Source: Octopus vulgaris
Lineage: Eukaryota
Direction of reading: 5' to 3'
DNA: 64,000 nt
Assembly (NCBI GenBank): GCA_951406725.2
Contig: OX597816.1
Location: 127,968,001 to 128,032,000 of the forward strand
Part shown: positions 27,201 through 39,224 of the stretch, one piece after another
Numbering within the stretch: position 1 is the stretch's first letter
Layout: each line of letters begins with the position of its first letter
Translations under genes and position numbers: made by a program
The notes under the pieces: model-generated
Told to the model about the DNA's origin: nothing
The model's input: the letters and a program-made list of their open reading frames with translations, nothing else
The model's database searches: none

Positions 27201-29689
27201 TTAAATAAGAAGAAACAACTGTTTTTCTTTTATCAACCTAGAGAAATCCATTAACATGGGTTCCAACTTTATAACTTGGTGGACAATAGAATTTAAAATG
27301 GAAGAAATTTAACAAAATCTACTTAGATTTTATACACAAAATCATCTGAAAGATTGACAAGAATTACTTTCTATAATATATAAGAGCCAGTGTGTTGTAT
27401 GTTAAGATCTTAGATAAAATGCCTTTGTGCATTTAGTTGCATCCCTGTCATTTTAAGGTTCAAAAGCTAGCAGAGCAGGCTTTACCTTTCATTTTTCAGG
27501 TGTAGATAAAATACGTACCTGTCAAGTACTAATTCATTGTAATCAGTTGTTCTCCCTCCGTAGCATATTTTGGCTGTGTGCCCATATTAGAAATCGCTAT
27601 ACATTGAGACTAGCTGTTTTTTTATGAAACAAATACAAAATTTCATAGGTAGTATTAGAACAAAGAACTGATGGCTGAGAATTGAAATTGCTATTAACTG
27701 CATAACCTTTACTTCAGTTTTGTACTGAATTTTCAGACAGGTTGAAAAAGCATTATGAGTCAGTGGGGGATGTTCCCAGTATGATTTCTTTTAGATAAGA
27801 ATTTACTCAATCATTCTGGAAAAAATTTTGATGTACTATTTACTTTTATTCTGAAATTACCCAAAATTCTTATATTTTGTCATCTGGAAGCTATTTATTT
27901 TTTTACAAAAGCTATTTTTTCTTTATTTTTCTAATTTTAGAAATATTTTCATTTATCTTTCACATTGAAGGATAAAAGTAATGGGTAACCTCATATATTT
28001 TTCTATAGTTTGGACTTCAGCCAGTCTAGCTAAAAGTATGCTTCCACTATATCAAGCACTGATAGTGGAAGGATGGCTAATCTATAAGTCTAGGTGAAGA
28101 TTTTACTGAGAATTACACTTTTGTTCAAATGCACTTCAAATATTGATATCAATTCACATTTTCAACATCATTATTCCTGAAATAGTAACACATGCTAATA
28201 TATCAGCAATATTCTGATTTACTAATCTTTGAAACTATTTTAGATTAATGTTATTACTCTTAAAGACAGTTTTCTTATAAATATTTAAGCTTTCAAATAA
28301 ATAAAACAATTTGAATCTGATTTTGCTGCATGTCTATTAAACATAAATTTAGTATTTTAATAACTTGTTTTGAAATTGTTATGCTTATAGTCTCTCCAAA
28401 CTTCAAATATTTGACATGTACTTTTTCAGTATATTTCTTTTGATTCATTCGTAAATCATGCATTCTAACCAATCTGACATATTATTAGTTTATTTAATAG
28501 AAATTATTTCTATAGGTGCTGAATCTGAGATGAACATAACCAGAACTATACTTTTGCATCTCTGAATTTTCTAAACCAGACAAATGAGGATGTTTTGCAA
28601 TGAACATAACCATAACTGTAGTTTTCATCTTTGGTTTTTCATTCTATTAGACTCTTCTTCAATATACCTAATTTAATTATGTAGGAATTATTTCCTAATA
28701 TTATTAACTGATAAATTAAGGTGGTGAAATTGGAAGAAATGGTAAGGCACTATACCATGATGCTTACACTGTTTAGATTCATTTATCTGCAGCTGAGTTT
28801 GAAATTTATCAATGTTGAATTTGCCTTTCATTTCTTAAGGATCAGCAAAACCAGAAAAAAAATGGGGTGTGGGAGGATACTAATAGTATACTTTTGTATA
28901 CTTAATTCACTCCTCACTACTTTACAAAAAAATTATCCTTCCTTGTCTAAAGATAAAATTTAATATATCTGAAAAGTTGATTTCGTTTACCTTCCTGCCA
29001 TCTCTCGTATAAAACAATATTAAGATTCTTCAACCTCTTATAGATTTCTGTTTCACTGCTTTTTATTTTTGTTTTTTCTTCATGCTTACAGTGATTAAAA
29101 AATGCTTCTAAATTAGATATCTTAATCTTTTATGTAGCACAGACAGTCAGGAGCAATATTAAATGCTTAATGGCATTCAGTTATTGCTTAATAATATTGA
29201 ATACAAATTTAATATTAACTTTTATCAATCTCAGAGGATTCTATATAATATGAACCAATAATATAGCTAACTGTTAAATAGAAAAAAAAAAAAAAATAGG
29301 GTCCAGTGTGTGTCCAATGGCAATAAATCAATATTACTATCATGATTTCCGAACTAGTGATCGATTTTCAATCCATATTAAACCAAAAGAAAAACAACAC
29401 ATGGTCAGCTAGAACCAGTACCAACAAATAATTTCTATTAGTCTTCTCCCTGAAAGCTGATAAGTGTTATTATACACATAACATTAGAGATATATTGATT
29501 AAGAAAGCTATAGACTCAATGTCTGCATACATTATGCTGCTATTAACTTTGTAATTGTTGTACAAAAAAAAACATTCCTTTTTCTTCTTATCTTACTATT
29601 TTAATTTTGTATTTTCAATCAATAGTACTCTGAAGATGTGCCAGTTGGCAACTGAGAGGTATCAAATTTATGTTAAAATTGCTAGAGAA

Positions 29690-29753
29690 TATATATATGT
29701 ATATATATATATGTAAGTGTATGTTTCTGTTTATATGTGTGAGTGTGTGTGTG

Positions 29754-29793
<40 letters not shown>

Positions 29794-29937
29794 ACACACA
29801 CACACACACATATATATATAAATACATATATAAATATATATATACATATATATATTTATGATATATATATATATATATACATATATACACATATATATAT
29901 ACATAAATATATATACATATATATATACACATATATG

Positions 29938-29975
<38 letters not shown>

Positions 29976-30010
29976 ATGCTTTATGAAAATATATATATAT
30001 ATATACATGA
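29690..30010. repeat. Compound (TA)n/(CA)n/(TG)n microsatellite
   Basis: Direct inspection; explains the YIYIYI/THTHTH ORFs. Confidence 0.95.
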
Positions 30011-30125
30011 TTATATTTTTGATCTGCTATATAGATGAAGATATTTCCTCTGTCTGGCTGCTTTTCTCTCTACAAAATGGAAAGTTACATTGCAGAACAG
30101 TCATTTTAAGGAGTTGTATTTATTT

Positions 30126-30231
30126 ATCACTCGACGAGATACATCTGCACCATCAGATGCTCCTGAACCAGTTGTTGAGTGTCCCACCCAAGAGGAATCG
30201 ATGCTAGATATGTTGAAACAATTGTCGTGAT
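30126..30231 (+). ncRNA. Degenerate hammerhead motif with extended stem II
   Basis: ATCAC-TCGACGA-...-GAA-ACAATTGT-C|GTGAT. Stem I ATCAC/GTGAT and palindromic stem III ACAATTGT; the core box reads TCGACGA rather than CTGACGA. Lies in a ~270-bp insert between TA arrays. Confidence 0.55.
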
Positions 30232-30351
30232 TAGTAATAAATTCTCATATCTTGTTTTTTATTTGCTATATATATATACATATACCTATACACATATATA
30301 TATATATATATCTATACACACACATATGTATATATATGTAAATATATATAC

Positions 30352-30384
<33 letters not shown>

Positions 30385-30459
30385 CAACAATAAGAACATC
30401 ATCAGCATGTCCAGCAGTAACAACAATAATAGCAGCAATGGGCGGCGTTAGCAGTTGCA

Positions 30460-30660
30460 CCAACAATGTAAGATCAGTTACATGGAAATATGTTGGACCA
30501 ATGAAGGGCCCCTTTAAACTGCAAGTATATAACCACAGGCCCTCTCTTAAAATCTCAGAGAGGTGCAACATTTGCATGTTTGGCCAACTACATATGGCAT
30601 TTAAAAGAAGTGGAAATGTCATACAGAATTAAATGGAAGTATCTGCAAAACCATTGACCA
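30460..30660 (+). pseudogene. Decayed GIY-YIG endonuclease fragment resembling Penelope-like elements
   Basis: TWKYVGPMKGPFKLQVYNHRPSLK...RCNICMFGQLHM resembles the YxG..F..R..NH..S and CNLC..EK segments of PLE GIY-YIG domains; internally deleted and interrupted by a stop. Confidence 0.45.
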
Positions 30661-31084
30661 TAATTCATTGGGAGTAGATGATGCAAACTTTGCTTGACTA
30701 AGCAGGCAAGGATCCTAAAAAACCTGCTTGCTTGTTCCTTCTTAAATTCCAAAAGTGAAAAATTTAGTCAGTGTCCTCATAAGAGAAAGTTCATGTTGCA
30801 AGCATGGACTTCCCTCTTTGCTGATTATTGAACAGAAACCATATATAAACTAACCCTTTTCAAACACAACAGTAAACATTCAAAGTGAGATAGCACCATC
30901 TCACCTGGAAGGGGTTTTTTATTCAAAGAATTTTGTTTCAGGGTTTTTTCCCCACAACCTTGCTGACCAAGACTGTCTTCTTACATCCATTAATAAAGAG
31001 TTTGTGTCTCCAGGTAGCAGGTCTGATTGGTTGCCTATATTGTAATGAACAATAATAGATTTGAAACAAGTGGTATCTTTCTGA

Positions 31085-31450
31085 ATAGTGGTTGTGTGGT
31101 AAGAAGCTTGCTTCTCAACCTCATGGTTATAGGTTCAATCCCATTGCGTATCACCTTGAGTAAGTGTTTTCTACTGTAGCCTCTGGCTGACCAAAGCCTT
31201 GTGAATGGATTTGGTAGAGAGAAACTGAAAGAAGCCCATTTTATATATACATGTGTGTGTGTGTCTTTGTGTTTGTTTTCAACTCCCCCACCCCACCACT
31301 TGACAACTTGTGTTGGTATGTTTATATCGCCACAACTTAGCGGTTCACCAAAAGAGACCAATAAAATTAGTACTGGAGTTGATTCATTCAACTAAAAAAG
31401 TTATTGAAGGTGGTGCCCCAGCATGGCTGCATTATAATAACTGAAACAAG
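31085..31450 (+). mobile_element. SINE family A
   Basis: Collinear with the other family-A copies. Confidence 0.85.
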
Positions 31451-32250
31451 ATGCATACACACACACATGCATATAACACAGCCATACCTGCACCTATAAT
31501 ATAAATTCTTCTTAAAATATGTATATTAAAATATATTCAGTCATATATTCAGGTTTAGGGAGATTATCATGTAAGTGTTTCTAATGTACACTGGTTTTTA
31601 TGTGGAAATATATAGATATTAATAATGTCATTATCATCAGACTTATCTGTGTGTTTGTTGCAGGAAATTTTAGTATCATCTAGCCTGTTAGTAGGAACTT
31701 TTCTTTTAAGATTTTCAAGCTCTTCTTGTACCAGGAAGATGAGGATAACTCGGTCATTTTTAATACATTTTATGTGCAGTTTGAACTGCTGAAAGTTAGC
31801 GGAGAAACATGAGCATAGTTGGTATCCCAGGGAGATGCAGTTTAGGAGCAGAATTAAGAAAAGTATATAGTATTAGTACAGGGTCTAAATGTGTTTCCCA
31901 GTGAAGATTATGGATAATGAAAGAGAAATGGATAAAATCAATAGGTAGTGGAAATAATATACAGTTTCTTTGTTCAAAGGAGCTAGAATATTTGTAGTAT
32001 CAGTCAAAAGAACAAGGTTGAGGGACACAGTTCAATATTGAGTCAAAGGTCATATATTGTGGCTTAGTAAAATGATAACAGTTGGGGAAATGAAATTTTT
32101 TTTATAATACAGACTGGTTATGCTTGCTGAAACATCAATGATATATGGGCTGAAAGCTAGTGTAAGGTTTACCTGTGCATTGAAGAACATAAGCAGATTT
32201 AAGAAAAGTGAGATAGAGATACATATTAATCAAAGTGTACGATATTACCA

Positions 32251-32333
32251 ATCTTACCAATTGGTTTCACACTAGGAATTCAATAGAGTGTTAGGTAACA
32301 GTCCGATTATGTAACCCTGCACTCATCAGAGGT
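32251..32333 (-). ncRNA. Degenerate hammerhead motif
   Basis: Minus strand ACCT-CTGATGA-GTGCAGG...CCTAGTGT-GAA-ACCAATTGGT-A|AGAT. Intact core boxes and 10-nt palindromic stem III; stems I and II eroded. Confidence 0.55.
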
Positions 32334-32550
32334 AGTCATTATGAAATGGAATATGGCAACTACTCTCATATCCTGCAAGTCTGGAAACATTATAGCATAT
32401 TGTGATTTATCATTATTTCTTGAAAAGTTTATCCTCAATATTTTATTATATATTTGGATGTTTAATTTTAACCATTCTCATATATCTTTCATTACTTTTC
32501 ATTCTGTTTATTTTTGTGTTTGTCCTTATTCATACATAAGATATATGTAT

Positions 32551-32925
32551 AGGTGTGAGCATAGCTGTGTGGTTAAGAATCTTGTTTTGTAACCATGTGG
32601 TTTTGGGTTCAGTCTTACCATAAGACCCCTTGAGCAAGTATCTTCTGCTATAAGCCTGAGATGACCAATGAGTGAATTTGATTGATAGAAACTATGTGAA
32701 AGCCCATAATATATATATATATATATGCATACACCACTCGACTACTGGTGTTAGTTTGTTTATTTTCCCATGATTTAGCAACTTAACAAAAGTGATCAAT
32801 AGAATAAGTACAGGATTAAAAATAATTATTTGGACTTAATCTATTCCACTAAAATCCTTCAAGGCCGTGTCCCAGTATGACCACAGCCTAGTGACTAAAA
32901 TAATTAAAATGAGAAATGATAAAAG
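32551..32925 (+). mobile_element. SINE family A, older copy
   Basis: Diverged but collinear head, internal TA array and tail. Confidence 0.75.
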
Positions 32926-35300
32926 ATTAGTTATTGTAGAAATTCATGGGCCAAGTTCAATAAAAAGAAAATTGTGTTTGTGCTTTTGGAATTAAATTCA
33001 AGAGAAAAAATATGTAAAATATGGTAGAATTTATTCATTCATTTGAAGCCATGGTTTCTTTCCATTTCTTGTTTCTTGTGTATTTTTCATATATGCATAC
33101 ATACATGCATTTAAGTTTCCATATAACTTCTCTGTTTATATGTCATTTATTTTCATATAAGTTTAGTTGCATAATTTGTTGTGCAGTTCCAAATGCATAT
33201 TGGCCTGTTCTCACACACACACACACATACACACACACACTAACAATTCCAGTCAATATATTTAATGTCTTCTTAATGTTTTGCAGTCTTGCATTAGAAT
33301 CCCTCACAAATTGGTTTAATCCTACATTATTTATCCAAAGTCAATTAAGTAATAACCAGAAGTAGATAGATTATAAGCTAAGAAAAGAAATTTCTCTTGC
33401 CCTGACATCTTGGAAAGCAGCCATAAAAATAATGATGATGACGGTGACAATTTTTATTATTGCTGTTATTATTACCCAGCAGTTACTTTTCATTGACACC
33501 TCTGAATGTGTGGATTACACTGCAGATTTTAATATTGGGGAAATATATAATCTTAATACTGAATGTAATTCAGTTCAATTTAATTTATTGTCATTTTATA
33601 TAAACATAGTAAAAGCTATGGAAACTAAAACTACATAGATCTATCTATACAGTTGCTTAATGGAAAGGAGAGCAATACACACATAAGTAAATCTGTGTAG
33701 TAAAAGTATTGAAATTACCGTAAATCCTCTTCGAAAGTGTTATCTCTAGTATCTAGTAAGTAGCATGAAATGGGATAAGCCAAGAAACAAAATGTAGCTA
33801 AGGAATTAAACATGTAACAAATATTATGAAGCAGATTGTGATGAGGCTAGAGTTGAAAAGCATTTAAATGTATTGCATGTCAAAAGGCATGCAGCTAGCA
33901 AAGAGATCACAAATGTTAAATTCGTTATAAGACAGACACCTGAGAGATAGTATTTAAACTATCAGGAAATTGTAATATGCATGTGATTCGGACTGTAGAA
34001 ATAGGATAAGTGTAAATATATAGACAGAATGCATATGTTCCGTCATCTAGGTAATTAAAATGTCATGCAGTATATCATAGCAGAGTGTCTAGACTACAAA
34101 GTGATTGGTAGGATTTGGAGAGGTATTCATTTTCCAAGGCTATTTAATTGATATCCTAACAAAACTGGGTTTGCATTATGCATGTGTAAGTAACATGATA
34201 TGATACTTTCATTGAAACAGAAGTTGTGGGGAATAGTTGACTTGGAAGATTATACTCAGGGAAACGGTATTGCTGTCCACTGTTGATAATATTAAACTGA
34301 CTAAGACTGAATGTGGTAATTATGCGTTGTGTTAGATGAGTTTTGTTTAAGTTTGTTTAGCACTCCTCTGGAAAAGTGAGGACATGCAAGATGCCAAATG
34401 AAGATTTAAAATGTTAAATACATGCATCAGATTTATATTCCATATTTTTATCTGATATGGAAGTATAAATTTGTGTGTTGTGACAATTTCAAATTCCATC
34501 ATTCAGATATTCTAGTCACAGATACATAGAAGATGTGTTTGTGAGAGTATGCATGTGCTGATTTAAACTTTTATGTATAATCAGGTCATGCATATTTAAT
34601 AGGTTATATGTAGATAACAGAGTACATTTAAATAGTAAATTGAATAAAAAATAACATGTAACATTTATTTTCAATTAGCCTTTAAAATGCAGTGTTTGTA
34701 TCTTAGATAATATTATCTAATTCGTTACTGTTAATTATACTTTGATTATAATATATAATCAATATTCTTTAGTCTTAACTTTAATCAAGACCTGAATTTC
34801 ACTATGAAAAGAAAAACACAGTGCTAACCAATTAGCTAGGCATTATTTAGAAAGGCATATAAGCAGTGTTCTGTTGCAATGATTACCATTATCATAAAAA
34901 TGTACATAGTGGGTATATTTTTAAAAGTAACCAAATTTGAATTCCTTGAATATTTTTCTTTTGTTGTTTTATATTTTATATATTGAATAACTTGAAAAAC
35001 AAAGTTTCCATTCATATGAGATTGAAGCAGCTATTAGCTTTTCATAATGCAGCAGATGTGTTTGACTGAATTTCCAGATCAAATTTTGTCACCAACATAT
35101 AAATTCAAAGTGAATGATTTTCTAATCAAGGTAACTTAAAATTTATCTGGGAAAATTTTTTTTGAGAAATACTTGGTTAGACAAATACCTTATTTTATTC
35201 AAATTCCTAGCTGCAAATTATTTTCTTGTAAAATCAGTTGTTTCTTTTTTAGTTTTATTTGTAATTTCATTACTTTCTTTTTATTTTATTTCATTTTCAG

Positions 35301-35423
35301 ATTCAGCTGAGTGTGAGTCTGATCCTTCAAAATGTACTACCTATGCTGTTTGTGACAACCAACAGGGAGAAATGACATGCAGGTGTCAGAGAGGTTACTA
35401 TTTGGATGGACAGAAGTGTCAAC
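35301..35423 (+). CDS. Coding exon C: EGF-like domain
   Basis: ttcattttcag|AT...CAAC|gtaata; 123 bp, phase 1-1. (D)SAECESDPSKCTTYAVCDNQQGEMTCRCQRGYYLDGQKCQ has six Cys with the EGF CxCxxGYxxxGxxC ending and a D-x-x-E-C start reminiscent of calcium-binding EGF. Confidence 0.93.
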
Positions 35424-36575
35424 GTAATATATCAAAGTTTCAATTCTTTCTTAGATGTGTTTGTGTTTCAGAATATAATTACTTCTAACAGATACAATAA
35501 AAATTAGGTTTACTACTAAATATGTATTACTTTTGAATTTCATTTCAGCATCTGAACTAAGTTTCATCAAAATGAAATTACCCATTGCCATTTTAGAAGC
35601 ATTTTTGAAATTATCAATAAATTAATAACAAGTACTTTAAGTAAGCTAGTTAATAACTTTGTTTGATAAGGTTTTCCTGTTCATGGTCATTAAGAGATAT
35701 TAGAATGTTTATGTTTTTTTTTTCTTTTATTGTGAGAACCCATGATTTTATGATGTCAGGCTTCAAACCAAGTTTATGAATTTCAATTCTTGTCAGTATT
35801 TTTGTCATAATTTTCTCTGCCTTAGTCAATTTGAACTGTCAGCTAATTTATATGACACGGTACATTGTAGTTGTAAAACGAATCGTATAAATATGTAGAA
35901 AATCAAACTCCAAGGTTTGAAAAACTTGATGTAAATTTGATATTCTAGAGTCTAGTTTTATACTTTGTTTTAATGACCTGTTATGGTTGGTTCTCACTAA
36001 GTTTATAAGATCCAAATTCAATTTGATGGCTTAATATTAACATTTAATTTGTTTTTCATTTTTCTAGTTGTACATCAGTAAAATGTATTTTAAATCCTTC
36101 AACAAGTCAAATAGGAAACATAGAGATGCTTTTAAGTTGTGTTATCAATATCAAAATCAATATCTTCAGTTTAAATATGTCTATTTTAAATCGATAATGC
36201 TGACAGTGATGTTCATTGTGGGAATGGTCATAGTTATTATCAAACTAATGTCAGTTATATTTCAAAATGAAAACTTTTATAAAAACTGTTACTTTCAAAG
36301 AATGCCATTGAATTTTAGTTGATTATGTTAGGGCTTACTATTATCAAATGTAGATTTTTTTTTTTATCTATCTCAAAAATTGTGGTTGAACTGGAATATA
36401 AAAAATGTATAACAAGAAATCATTACTAGATTTGTTTGAAGTGTAGATAAATAATTCTAAGCAATTAGTTACTTACCTCTCTTTGAAATATTCAAACTTC
36501 TATTAGATTTTATTCCTCTGTTTTATTCTTTTAAATAAATTCATCCTATAGGATTCTTTTATTAAAACAAAACTC

Positions 36576-36617
<42 letters not shown>

Positions 36618-37309
36618 TGTTATCTAAAACAATGTAAAGAAGGCAAATTTGTAATCAAATGGTCCTTTGAGAGGAAACAAATGACTTAAATAAAATATTC
36701 ACTATGACAAGTGAACTTCTAAAGATAACAATTTTCATGGAGCCCCTTGAGTAACAGACTTCTCTTTGATTCTTAGCTTGGAAACAATGAACCATTAAAT
36801 TATTGTAAAAATCGCTATCTTCAGTATGTTTTGTGGCAACAGTTTTCTTATTTAACTTTTGATGTACTCTTCACTTAACTGGCTCTGTTCTGTAATACTT
36901 GCAGTAAATAATGCTAAGGGTTGATCATTGTCCTTTTTGTCAAGATTCGTATCAAATTAGAGTTAAATTTCTCCTTCAGTTCTTTTATTTCTTTCTCAAC
37001 CTTTCTATTCAGTATTAAGAAATTTTTTGATTATTTAAGCTATTTTTTTATTTTTGCATTCTCCACATTCTCTTTTATAATCACCATCTTGTAACTTCAG
37101 ATACACTGGCATCTCACATTACCATCTCAGTCTTCTAGCCAGATGCACTTACCCACCCTTATATAATTTTGGTGTAGCCATGTATCTCCTCTATAGCAAA
37201 ACACCTGTGCTATCATAATTTAGCCTCCTAAAACCTGGCATAAAGCCACCTCCCTCTCTTTCAAATGTACTTCCCTACTCATTGAGGAGTCTTTTCTCTT
37301 TCCTTTTCT

Positions 37310-37540
37310 TGCAACTTTCTTGGCAAGCTCACTAGTACTGGTGGGGCAAAAAAGAAAATCACCCAGTACACACTGTAAAATGGTTGGTCCTAGGAAAGGC
37401 ATCCAGCTATAGAAAACATGCCAAAGATGACACTGGAACTCAGTGAAGTCTTGCTGCTCGTCAGATCTAGTGAGACCATCCAACCAATGGCAGCATAGAA
37501 AATGGATGTCAAATCATGATGATGATGATGATGATGATGA
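37310..37540 (+). mobile_element. Family C short retroelement
   Basis: GGAAAGGCATCCAGCTATAGAAAAC...GGATGTCAAATCATGATGATGATG. Confidence 0.75.
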
Positions 37541-38007
37541 ATTTTATCCTAAGGCTTCTCTGCTTCTTATCAAAGTCAGAATAACAGTTGACTTAACATA
37601 ATGACATACAAGAAGTGACAGTTCTGTGCTCTTATTCTACATGCTTGGCTTAGTATTTTGTATTATATAAAATTCTCAGTTGAATAACTTCTTGTATATT
37701 CTGGAATATCAGGCTAGAACTAACCTAAAAGTGGCATGTTGATTTTGTTTATATAATTTACATTCCATCAGTCCTTTCTTTAGTATGTGCCTGACAAGTG
37801 TTAGGCTCTGTTTTCTAACAATATCAGTTTATATTTAGATTAGTTACAGGATTCATTAGAATCTAGCATATCAACAAGTATGACACCAGGAATGGCTGGG
37901 TACTTAGTATTAAGCTAACAGTAAGGTAAAACAACCCTTAGTTGTCATTTGTTGGCTGTATACTTGAAGTATGTACACACACATATATGTATGCATATAT
38001 CTGTATG

Positions 38008-38050
<43 letters not shown>

Positions 38051-38162
38051 GCGCACACACACACACACACACACATGTAGCAAATCTAATATAAGCTGTA
38101 GATCCAACTCAGGGATGGTTCCAGGTGTGGTATTTGTATAAAACAACACAAGTAGAGTTGAA

Positions 38163-38251
38163 AATTTACAACAGCAGTTTCGATAACATTTTATTCATAC
38201 ATTCTCAGATTACATGATAGGAAAAAAAAACTCACTATCATCAGATAAATT
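38163..38251 (-). ncRNA. Degenerate hammerhead motif
   Basis: Minus strand AATTTAT-CTGATGA-...-GAA-ACTGCTGT-T|GTAAATT. 7-bp stem I (one G.U), near-palindromic minimal stem III, poorly paired long stem II. Confidence 0.45.
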
Positions 38252-38519
38252 GTAAGCACTTAAACAAGCAAGAAAAAACCAGATGATCCATTTCCCAACT
38301 ACTATCATGAACATGTAAGTTCATATAAGGGAAGAAAAAGTGAGAGAAAGTTGTGGTGACAGAATACAGCAGGGTTTGCCACCACCCCCTCCTGGAGCCT
38401 TATCGAGATTTAGGTGTTTTTGCTCAGTAAACATTCAAAAAGCCTGGTCTGGGAATCGAAACCGCGATCCTATGACTACGAATCTACTGCACTAACCACT
38501 GGGCCATTGTGCCTCCATG

Positions 38520-38551
<32 letters not shown>

Positions 38552-38604
38552 TGTTTATATGTATGTATATATATGTGTGTGTGTATATGTATATATATAT
38601 GTCA

Positions 38605-38980
38605 GGTCACTTTCGAGTGCTACTGGTAACACGTAAACCAGTACAACCTGTTGCATAGTCGGGTCGTTGGCGACTAAACCAGCAACCCCACCAAGCTTGC
38701 TTGGTGAGGAGGGTATTTATTGGACACCTTGCGGGATGAAAAACAAAACCCGTGAAAGGCCGGAGGAACTCTTGAGAGTCAACGGCCATCCAATAAATGT
38801 CTGGGCTGTATCATGCACGGGGACATAGAAATAATCGGACTGAATACCCAATCATGTGATTAAACCATTGGGAGTGAAGGACTCCTTGCCTTTCTTAGGG
38901 CATCCTTCTAGGAGAAGGTAACTCAGGTAACTGGGATAACTCCAGCATAAAACCTGCGGCTCAGTGGTTACCGATGATGT
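38605..38980 (+). mobile_element. Structured GC-rich element resembling the 5' UTR of an RTE-type retrotransposon
   Basis: CpG-retaining island with hairpins (TAGTCG/CGACTA; CACCAAG/CTTGGTG) and GGGCATCCTTCTAGGAGAAGGTAACTC, which recalls RTE 5' UTRs. Inserted in a TA/TG array; no ORF follows. Confidence 0.45.
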
Positions 38981-39192
38981 TGACTTGTTCTTCTTTTCGA
39001 ATTATGGCTGCTGTTGCTTAGTGAGTGGGATTGACTCAGTGCACAGCCTTTCCTCACTTTAAAAAAAATCTTCTTGCACAGGCATTGCATGATAACAACA
39101 TTGATTAAGCTTCGTGCAATGGCCATACTCGATAACGAGGGGGCAGCCACCATATGTAGATTCATATGTATGTATGATTGTGTATGCATATA

Positions 39193-39224
<32 letters not shown>

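Noticed and set aside
28009-28093. Short open frame after ttttctatag (VWTSASLAKSMLPLYQALIVEGWLIYKS)
   Set aside because: Weak donor, and its phase-2 end is incompatible with the phase-1 start of exon C.
28516-28565. Possible alternative terminal or poison exon (tatag|GT GCT GAA...CTC TGA; GAESEMNITRTILLHL*) in phase with exon B
   Set aside because: Stops after 16 codons, and exons B and C already join in frame. Only an acceptor-like sequence supports it.
29625-29690. CTGAAGA followed by a hairpin next to a TA array
   Set aside because: GAAA box and cleavage triplet are not identifiable.
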